Assembly (NCBI GenBank): GCA_903889525.1
Contig: CAISXT010000153.1
Coordinates: 2,340 to 66,339, forward strand
Source of the DNA: an uncultured Opitutia bacterium
GTDB lineage: Bacteria; Verrucomicrobiota; Verrucomicrobiia; Opitutales; UBA953
DNA: 64,000 nt
Direction: 5' to 3'
The notes beneath the pieces were generated by a model that ran no database searches, was not told the DNA's origin, and saw only the letters and a program-made list of their open reading frames with translations. This document shows positions 18,656 to 25,857 of the stretch, piece by piece. Numbering within the stretch: the first letter of the stretch is position 1; each line of letters opens with the position of its first letter. Both the position numbers and the translations under genes were made by a program.

Positions 18656-19954
18656 ATGAACCGACTCTTACCCCTCGTCGCTGCCCTCTGCTTGTCGTCG
18701 CTGGCGGCGCAGGTCGCCAAGCCTGAATCCCCGATTAAAATCACGGCCCGCGCCCAACGTGCGGATGCCGTTTATCATCAGGGCGAGAAGGTGGTCTTTG
18801 ATGTCAGTGTCACAGATGAGGGGCGACCAGCGAACGGCATGATTGAATGGGCCATCGTCAAGGACGGCTTGCCGACGGATCAGAAAGGTAAAGCCGAGCT
18901 CGCGAACGGCAAAGCCGTGGCCGAAGGCTCGTTGAAGGAGCCGGGGTTTATTCAGGTACGCGTCACCTATCGGCTGGGCACCGCGCCCAAATCACCCGTC
19001 TTTGTCGGACTCGGCGGTGCCGCGATCGACCCGACGGAGATTAAGCCCAGCCTGGCGGTCCCCGCTAATTTTGATGCCTTCTGGGCTAGTATGAAGAAAA
19101 AGTTGGCCGCCATCCCCGTCGATCCGAAGCTCGTCCCGGTCAAGTCGCCAGTCAAAGGCATTGAGTCATTCGACGTCACCGCTCCGGCGCTTGGCCTCCA
19201 GATTTCCGGTTACATGTCCAAGCCGATTGGGGCGAAGCCCAAGAGCCTGCCGATTATCCTGACCGTGCATGGCGCAGGGGTGAGCGATAGTTCGCTCGGT
19301 GGTTCCGCGGGTTGGGCGAGCCGGGGTTTTATCGCGATGGATATGAATGCACACGGGCTACCTAACGGTCAGCCGAAGCAGTTTTACACCGACCTGTATG
19401 CCGGCCCGATGAATCCCTATCGCTATGAACACCGCGACGATCCAGAGAAGGCCTATTTCACCGGCATGATGTTGCGCCTTATTCGGGGTATCGACGTCCT
19501 GACCGCCCAGCCAGAGTGGGATGGTAAGCGGGTGATTGTCTTCGGCGCTAGTCAGGGCGGCTACCAAGCCATTGCTGCGGCCGGCCTCGATGCCCGGGTC
19601 ACTTATTTTGTGGCCGGCGTCCCCGCCGGATGTGATCACAGCGGCATGATGGCTAATCGTGTCGCCGGCTGGCCGAAGATCGCACCGATGAAGGAAGGCA
19701 AACCGGACATGAGCGTCGTCGAGGCCTTCCGTTATATCGATTGTATGAACTTCGCGACGCGCACCAAGGCGGCGGGCTGCTATTTCACCGTCGGCTTCAT
19801 CGATACCGTCTGCCCACCCACGAGTGTCTACGCGGCCTATAACCAGCTCACCATCCCCAAGGAAATCTATAACGATATCCCCAGCGGCCATGCGAATTCT
19901 CCGCAGGCAAGCGAAGGCATGCGGCAGGCGGTCATGAAGTACGTTGGCAAATAG
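18656..19954 (+). CDS. Secreted acetylxylan esterase / cephalosporin-C deacetylase-like (CE7-like) with an N-terminal Ig-like extension
   Basis: Track ORF 18587..19954. I trimmed the start to the ATG at 18656, which gives the signal peptide MNRLLPLVAALCLSSLAAQ. The nucleophile elbow is GASQGG and there is a C-terminal His in PSGHAN. Confidence 0.7.
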   Translation: MNRLLPLVAALCLSSLAAQVAKPESPIKITARAQRADAVYHQGEKVVFDVSVTDEGRPANGMIEWAIVKDGLPTDQKGKAELANGKAVAEGSLKEPGFIQVRVTYRLGTAPKSPVFVGLGGAAIDPTEIKPSLAVPANFDAFWASMKKKLAAIPVDPKLVPVKSPVKGIESFDVTAPALGLQISGYMSKPIGAKPKSLPIILTVHGAGVSDSSLGGSAGWASRGFIAMDMNAHGLPNGQPKQFYTDLYAGPMNPYRYEHRDDPEKAYFTGMMLRLIRGIDVLTAQPEWDGKRVIVFGASQGGYQAIAAAGLDARVTYFVAGVPAGCDHSGMMANRVAGWPKIAPMKEGKPDMSVVEAFRYIDCMNFATRTKAAGCYFTVGFIDTVCPPTSVYAAYNQLTIPKEIYNDIPSGHANSPQASEGMRQAVMKYVGK

Positions 19955-19981
19955 AGTATAGAGTTTTGAGTATCGAGTATC
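19954..19981. repeat. Heptamer tandem repeat x4 (GAGTATA GAGTTTT GAGTATC GAGTATC)
   Basis: Read directly from the sequence. It begins at the last base of the esterase stop codon and is AT-rich relative to its surroundings. A related GAGTATA x2 repeat occurs at 36087-36100. Confidence 0.8.
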
Positions 19982-20259
19982 GGTAGGGGTTCGGCTGGCA
20001 TGGTGAACGACTGCGAAGCAGGCGCGGCGGAGCCGCGAGGGGGCAAGCTGGCACGGGGTTATGGGGTAGGGCGTGGCTCTCCGCGCCCGCCGTTGACCGT
20101 GCGGAGGATAGGTTGTCGGGTGAGGTGCGCATGTCTGTCCGCGAACGGACGGCTCGGAGAGCCATCCCTACCCGAGGCAAGGAGTCATCTCCGTGGCGGG
20201 AGGTTTGGTCGGAAAGGCTGGTAACCTTTGGTCGATCTCATTGTCTTAAGGATACCCCA

Positions 20260-23200
20260 ATGAGACTGCTTTGCGCCTTCCTGCTAACCTTGCTGGCTTT
20301 ACCGGCCGCCGAGCCGCTCTACGACCAGAAGAATCTAGCCGCGTGGTGTATTGTGCCGTTCGACAACCAGAAGCGCACGCCGGAGCAACGGGCTACGATG
20401 GTGGCGAAGATGGGCCTGACCAAGGTTGCCTACGATTGGCGGAGCGAACATGTCGCCGAGTTCGAACAGGAGATTCTCGCCTACCAGAAGAATGGCATCG
20501 AATACTTCGCTTTCTGGGCGCAGCACGACGAGGCCTTTCGTCTGTTCGAGAAGTACCAGCTCCACCCGCAAATCTGGGTAATCGCCGGCGTCAAGGGTGA
20601 CACCCAAGAAGCCAAGGTGAAGAACGCCGCGGAAGGGTTGCTGCCGACGATCGCTAAGACGGCGAAGATTGGGAGCAAGCTGGCGATTTATAATCACGGC
20701 GGTTGGTCCGGTGAGCCGGAGAACATGGTAGCCATCTGCGAATACCTAAAGAAGAACCACGGCGTCACCAACGTCGGCATTGTTTACAATCTGCACCACG
20801 GTCACAGCCATCTTGCCAGGTTAGACGAAGCGTTGAAGTTGATGCTCCCTCATCTGCTCTGTCTCAATATCAATGGCATGGACATCGAGGGAGACGCCAA
20901 GGGGCGCAAGATCCTGCCGGTCGGCGCGGGCACCCAAGACCTCAAGGTGCTGCGACAGGTCCGCGCCAGCGGTTACGCCGGTGTCATTGGCATTCTGAAT
21001 CATACCATGGAAGACGCCGAAGGCCGTCTGCTCGACAATCTGGACGGACTCAAGTGGCTCGTGCCGCAACTCGACGACGCGCCGACTGGCCCCAAGCCTA
21101 AGTATCGGACGTGGTCGGACAAATCCGTCATGAAGAAGACGGCCATCCCCTCAGGGCGACCCGCCGGGGTGCCTTCTGTCAGTTCTGAATTCGGGAAGGC
21201 TCTCGCGGGTGGCTGGGTCGTCGATGGCGGAGCTCAGTTTGAGCAATGGCCGCTCACCATTGAGTGTCTCGCCAAACTAAATTCCAAGAGTGGTTTCAAT
21301 ATCCTCGTTTCAAATAATGAAAAATCCGCCAGTACGCACTGGGAGGTCTATAGTTATGTCAAAACAGGTTACCTCAGTATCTACCTGCCAGGCTTCGGCG
21401 GTGAGTATCGTAGCGAGACGGATATTTGCGACGGCAAGTGGCACGACATTCTCGCCAGCGTCTCGGCGGAGAAAGTTCGCCTCTGGGTGGATGGTAAAAT
21501 GGTGCTCGAGCGGGCGACAGCCCCGGCGGGCCCTCTCCGCCCGCCACAGCAACATAAGCTCGGCTTTGGACAGTTGATTGATGCTTCTGTGGGCTGTGAC
21601 GGCATTATTGATGACGTCCGCATTTCGCGTGGAGCGAATGATCCCACGACTTGGATTAAGGGCCCGCGTAAGCGCATGGATATCTCCCTCGGTCTTTGGA
21701 ACTTTGATGACATCGATCAGATTACGGCCCGCCGGGCTGGACCCGCACCCGCGCCGTTCACTCCGGGGCTCGCGCCTTTACGACGGGAAGATAATATCAT
21801 CGCCGATCAATTCGTAAATCGCGACCGCGTGTTTGATTACTACGCCAAGGAGGCGATGGAGTTTATGGGACATCAGCCGGCACCGGTCATGCTTCCTTCC
21901 TATCCTGGCCTAGATGGAGGCAGTCAGGGGCATTGGGGCAATCAGAACGACGCGGTCACCTGGAAGGACGGACGCTGGGATAAGGCCGACCATGGGGTTC
22001 TGTTCAGCGGCGTCTTTCGTGGTGCCGGGCTGACGATTCCCAAGGCGGTTTGCGTACGCAAGGGTACTGAAGCCGCTTGCTTCGATCCACTCACGCTTTC
22101 TTTCCCGGTTCGCTGGACGGGTGACTTCATTAAACTTGGAGATGGCCGGCACGGCTTCGGGGGCGGTGCGAACATGGCCGGGAAGTTATCCCTGAAAACT
22201 TTAGCCGAAAAGCCTAAGGGTGATTGGAAATACCACGGCTTCTATCGCCACGGCGAACGGACGATTTTTGCCTATAACAAAGGCGGCAGCGAATACCTAG
22301 CCGATGCTTGGGAGGGTGAGCAGCCGGCGGAGAAACTGGCTGCCTTCACTAAGGGTGGCCCTGCACAGTGGCCCGCCTGGCTTGAAACGACAGGGAAATT
22401 GGGTACGCAGCAGCCCTTTGCCACGGATACGGTGCTGCCCCCGTTCAAGAATCCCTATGGGACGCTCTTCTTTATCACCGGGATCGACTTCTTTAAGGAT
22501 GGCACGGCGGCCGTCTGCACCATGACCGGTGAGGTTTGGTTGGTGAAGGGTCTGGACGCCCAGTTTGATCACGTGCGCTGGAAGCGTTTTGCCACCGGGC
22601 TGCACCACGCCCTCGGGGTCAAAATCATCGACGATAAGCTTTACGTGCTGGGGCGTGATCAGATTACCCGCTTGCATGACCTTAACGGGGATGGCGAAGC
22701 GGACTTCTACGAGTGTGTGAACAACGCGATGACCACTTCACCAGGCGGCCATGACTTCATCGTTGGCCTGGATGCAGATGCCCAGGGGCGATTCTACACC
22801 TCGTCGGGAAATCAAGGTGTCTTACGGCTTAGCGATTCCAATAAAGTAGAAGTGCTCGCCACTGGCTTACGTAATCCCAACGGGATCACCGTCACGCCGG
22901 ATGGCAAATTCATCCTTTCCAATGTGCAGGAAGGCAATTGGACGCCCGCTTCCGCGGTCTGTCAGGTGGAAGTGGGTCGCAATGAAGGCACGCACTTCGG
23001 TTCAGGTGGCCTCAAGCCATCTGGCATGAATACGTTACCGATTCTGCAGCTTCCGCGCGGGGAAGACAATTCCTGTGGTGGGCAGATTTTCCTCTCTGAG
23101 TCTGGCTGGTCGGGCTTAAAGGGTGATGGCAATTTCCTCCACTTCTCATTTGGCACTGGCAGCGCCTGGTTGGTTTCACGTCAGTTGCTCGAGGGCGTCT

Positions 23201-24201
23201 GGCAGTCGGCAGCCGTGAAGATTACCGGTAATTTTATGACGGGACCTCAGCATGGCCGCTTCGGCCCGCATGACGGCCACCTGTATGTGAGCGGCATGGT
23301 GGGGTGGGGGAGCTATACACCTGAAGACGGGGCTCTCCATCGAGTTCGTCACACTGGCGGAGAATATCCGACCCTCATTGGCCATGAAGCCCGGGATAAC
23401 GGCGTGCTGCTTCGATTTAATCGTGTTGTGGATGCATCGTTCGCGGCGAAAGCTTCTTCGCATTTCGCCCAATGTTGGAACTACCTCTTCGGGCCGGCTT
23501 ATGGTTCGCCGGAATATTCCGTGAAGTATCCCGACTCCATCGGTCACGACCCGCTGGAGATTCGGAGCGCCCATGTCGTGGAGCAGGGCCGGGCCATCTT
23601 CTTAGAAATTCCACAGCTTACCCCGGCGAACCAGATTCATCTGCATGTTGGGGTGATGCCGGTACGTTCTCAGGATGTTTTCCTGACCGCCCATCACCTG
23701 GGTAAGCCGTATACCGATTACCCTGGTTATGTTGCGGTGCCTAAGGTCATGGGGCATGATCACGTCGCTCCGGTTGCGACCGGTAAAGTTAATCCCGTTA
23801 AATGGGAAATCGAGATGTGTCGTGGCCCGGTCCGTGAAATGAAACTGCAGGCCGCCACGGGTCTGCAATACCTCCAGAAGGAATTACGAGCCAAGGCAGG
23901 TGAGGGTATCGCTTTGCAGTTCGATAATCCGGATATCATGCCGCACAATTTCGTCTTGGTCGCCCCTGGTGCGGTGGATCGGGTAGGAGAACTTTCGGCG
24001 AAGATGGTGGCCATGCCTGACGGCTATGCCCGACATTACGTCCCCGAGTCGCCCGAGGTGCTCTGCTATTCGCGTATGCTCGACCCGGGGAAGCAGGCCA
24101 CCGTCTACTTTAATGCGCCGAAGGAGCCTGGTCGTTACCCGTACTTCTGTTCGTTCCCGGGGCATTCTCAAATGATGCGTGGGGTGCTGATTGTGGAATA
24201 G
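20260..24201 (+). CDS. Secreted 1314-aa multidomain protein: xylose-isomerase-like TIM barrel + LamG/concanavalin-like lectin domain + beta-propeller region + C-terminal azurin-like cupredoxin domain
   Basis: Track ORF 20113..24201. I trimmed the start to the ATG at 20260 (signal peptide MRLLCAFLLTLLALPAAEP). TIM-barrel motifs include IYNHGGW and VYNLHHGH. The LamG region reads GKWHDILASVSAEKVRLWVDGKMV ... IDDVRISRG. The propeller region contains LNGDGEADFYE. The C-terminus has MPHNFVL and YFCSFPGHSQMMRGVL, aligning with azurin MGHNWVL and FFCTFPGHSALMKGTL. Confidence 0.8.
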   Translation: MRLLCAFLLTLLALPAAEPLYDQKNLAAWCIVPFDNQKRTPEQRATMVAKMGLTKVAYDWRSEHVAEFEQEILAYQKNGIEYFAFWAQHDEAFRLFEKYQLHPQIWVIAGVKGDTQEAKVKNAAEGLLPTIAKTAKIGSKLAIYNHGGWSGEPENMVAICEYLKKNHGVTNVGIVYNLHHGHSHLARLDEALKLMLPHLLCLNINGMDIEGDAKGRKILPVGAGTQDLKVLRQVRASGYAGVIGILNHTMEDAEGRLLDNLDGLKWLVPQLDDAPTGPKPKYRTWSDKSVMKKTAIPSGRPAGVPSVSSEFGKALAGGWVVDGGAQFEQWPLTIECLAKLNSKSGFNILVSNNEKSASTHWEVYSYVKTGYLSIYLPGFGGEYRSETDICDGKWHDILASVSAEKVRLWVDGKMVLERATAPAGPLRPPQQHKLGFGQLIDASVGCDGIIDDVRISRGANDPTTWIKGPRKRMDISLGLWNFDDIDQITARRAGPAPAPFTPGLAPLRREDNIIADQFVNRDRVFDYYAKEAMEFMGHQPAPVMLPSYPGLDGGSQGHWGNQNDAVTWKDGRWDKADHGVLFSGVFRGAGLTIPKAVCVRKGTEAACFDPLTLSFPVRWTGDFIKLGDGRHGFGGGANMAGKLSLKTLAEKPKGDWKYHGFYRHGERTIFAYNKGGSEYLADAWEGEQPAEKLAAFTKGGPAQWPAWLETTGKLGTQQPFATDTVLPPFKNPYGTLFFITGIDFFKDGTAAVCTMTGEVWLVKGLDAQFDHVRWKRFATGLHHALGVKIIDDKLYVLGRDQITRLHDLNGDGEADFYECVNNAMTTSPGGHDFIVGLDADAQGRFYTSSGNQGVLRLSDSNKVEVLATGLRNPNGITVTPDGKFILSNVQEGNWTPASAVCQVEVGRNEGTHFGSGGLKPSGMNTLPILQLPRGEDNSCGGQIFLSESGWSGLKGDGNFLHFSFGTGSAWLVSRQLLEGVWQSAAVKITGNFMTGPQHGRFGPHDGHLYVSGMVGWGSYTPEDGALHRVRHTGGEYPTLIGHEARDNGVLLRFNRVVDASFAAKASSHFAQCWNYLFGPAYGSPEYSVKYPDSIGHDPLEIRSAHVVEQGRAIFLEIPQLTPANQIHLHVGVMPVRSQDVFLTAHHLGKPYTDYPGYVAVPKVMGHDHVAPVATGKVNPVKWEIEMCRGPVREMKLQAATGLQYLQKELRAKAGEGIALQFDNPDIMPHNFVLVAPGAVDRVGELSAKMVAMPDGYARHYVPESPEVLCYSRMLDPGKQATVYFNAPKEPGRYPYFCSFPGHSQMMRGVLIVE

Positions 24202-24229
24202 GGTTTGGCGTTGCAGGTGAGCACCTGGC

Positions 24230-24664
24230 ATGGATTATCCACTTATGGATAAATCCTATCTACGCCTCATCCTGCGCATCTCGCTGCTGGCCCTGTGGGC
24301 TTCTGTCGTCCTCTCGATTGCTCTAGCGTTTCTTCAGGATAAGCTGCTCCCGGATGCCTTGGTCGAATGGCATAAGTCGAGTGCTGGCCAGTTCGGCTTC
24401 GGCGATATTATCGCTTTATTGTTCTGGGGCCTTGGCCTCTTCCTGTTTTTCGTCAGCTCCATCGGCATCTTCTTTTATCAGCGATGGGCGGCCTGGATGT
24501 TCACGATTGTTACCGCCGTCTTCTCGCTTCAGCTCCTGGCCAGTCCCGCGGTGGAGCCAGGAATTTCCTCGTTCATCGGAAGCTGGAGTGACGTCCTTAC
24601 GGGGATGGTCATTACCCTCGTCTTCTTCACGGATGTTCTCCGTGATGATAATCACGCTGCGTGA
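24230..24664 (+). CDS. Hypothetical integral membrane protein (about 4 TM helices)
   Basis: 144-aa ORF with four hydrophobic stretches. It starts 28 nt after the multidomain gene, and its stop overlaps the next ORF. Confidence 0.55.
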   Translation: MDYPLMDKSYLRLILRISLLALWASVVLSIALAFLQDKLLPDALVEWHKSSAGQFGFGDIIALLFWGLGLFLFFVSSIGIFFYQRWAAWMFTIVTAVFSLQLLASPAVEPGISSFIGSWSDVLTGMVITLVFFTDVLRDDNHAA

Positions 24665-24672
24665 GTCGTTGG

Positions 24673-25749
24673 ATGTTATTACTGGCTCGGATGGCCGTGG
24701 TGGCGGCCCTGTTGATTTCGCCGTTAAGCGCCGCTGATTCTATCGATTGGGACAAGGCCCGTGTAATTTATCAGAAAGTCCAGCAGGGGCAGGAGGTCAG
24801 TGCGGAAGATCGGGCGTACCTTGAGAAAGCCAAAGCCGTACGGGCAGCTCAAGGCGGGCAAGCTCCGCGTGGCCAGGTAGGGGGCCGCCCAGTTAAGGCG
24901 GAGACGGGGTTCATTCCATTGACTGAGTTGACGACAACTTACAACGGGCAGGATGGCGGCTTGTATGGCGCTGGCCAGAACCTGCCGCCGCCAGCTTTGG
25001 ATGTGATGGCGCGGGCGGCCATGGCTAAGATCACTCCGCTCGATGCGGAGGGTAAGCCGAATTCGGGCGGGAAAGTAGTCCTGCTTTCGATCGGTATGTC
25101 TAATACCACGATGGAGTTCAGTGGTTTCGTGGAGTTAGCGAAGATAGATAAGCGTAAGGCTGATGCGGTTGTGGTCGTCGACGGTGCCCAGGGCGGACAG
25201 TCAGCGGATCGCATTGCGGACGAAGCCGCGCCCTTTTGGAAAGTTATCGATCAGCGTCTCGCGTCCGCCGGAGTTTCTCCCAAGCAAGTTCAAGCCATCT
25301 GGATGAAGCAGGCTTTCCCGGGTCCGCGAGAGGAGTTTCCAGTAGAGGCTCGTCGGCTGGCGGGTTACTTGGAGCAGGATGTCGCCATCGCCCGGAAGCG
25401 TTACCCGAATCTGCGCATCATTTATCTCTCTAGCCGCATTTATGCCGGCTACGCTACCACCGGCCTCAACCCCGAGCCGCATGCTTATGAGGGCGCCTTT
25501 GCGGTGCGCTGGACGATTTTGAAACAGTTGGAGCCAGCGGCCGCCAAGTCCGACTCCGTGTTGCTCTGGGGCCCTTACCTTTGGGCGGATGGCATCCGGG
25601 CTCGTAAGCAGGATGGATTGGTCTGGAAGGCGGAAGATTTCGCCCAGGATGGTACGCATCCCGGGCCGGGAGGAAGGGTGAAGGTAGGTGAGCAATTGCT
25701 GGGCTTTTTCCACACTTCGCCGTACGCAGCTTGGTATCGCCGGCCTTAA
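24673..25749 (+). CDS. Secreted SGNH/GDSL-like hydrolase (putative carbohydrate esterase)
   Basis: Signal peptide MLLLARMAVVAALLISPLSAAD, starting at ATG 24673. An alternative GTG start at 24661 overlaps the upstream stop codon. It has a block-I-like motif LLSIGMSNT and a block-V-like motif DGTHP. The assignment is tentative. Confidence 0.45.
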   Translation: MLLLARMAVVAALLISPLSAADSIDWDKARVIYQKVQQGQEVSAEDRAYLEKAKAVRAAQGGQAPRGQVGGRPVKAETGFIPLTELTTTYNGQDGGLYGAGQNLPPPALDVMARAAMAKITPLDAEGKPNSGGKVVLLSIGMSNTTMEFSGFVELAKIDKRKADAVVVVDGAQGGQSADRIADEAAPFWKVIDQRLASAGVSPKQVQAIWMKQAFPGPREEFPVEARRLAGYLEQDVAIARKRYPNLRIIYLSSRIYAGYATTGLNPEPHAYEGAFAVRWTILKQLEPAAAKSDSVLLWGPYLWADGIRARKQDGLVWKAEDFAQDGTHPGPGGRVKVGEQLLGFFHTSPYAAWYRRP

Positions 25750-25857
25750 GGGTCGGGACGGCTTAAGGCTGTAAGGCTGGGATGCTGGTGGGTGCATCTG
25801 GGTGAAACCTCTCGCTGTTCACTGGGGTTTAATCATTAAGAGAACCTTAAGAACCCC

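Noticed and set aside
19954-19981. Heptamer repeat as a CRISPR array or mobile-element end
   Set aside because: The units are 7 bp with no spacers, and no cas, transposase or integrase genes occur anywhere in the window. I kept it only as a short tandem repeat.
20113-20259. Upstream in-frame extensions of track ORFs, here and at 18587, 40800, 42243, 44422, 47529, 54937, 58176, 62417 and 2010
   Set aside because: In each case an internal ATG is followed immediately by a typical signal peptide or conserved N-terminus. The extension is Arg/Pro-rich and would bury the signal peptide.
25764-25779. Tandem 8-mer TAAGGCTG x2 (with CTTAAGG nearby) after the SGNH-like gene
   Set aside because: It is too short and has only two copies, and I found no recurrence elsewhere in the window. 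It is probably fortuitous.
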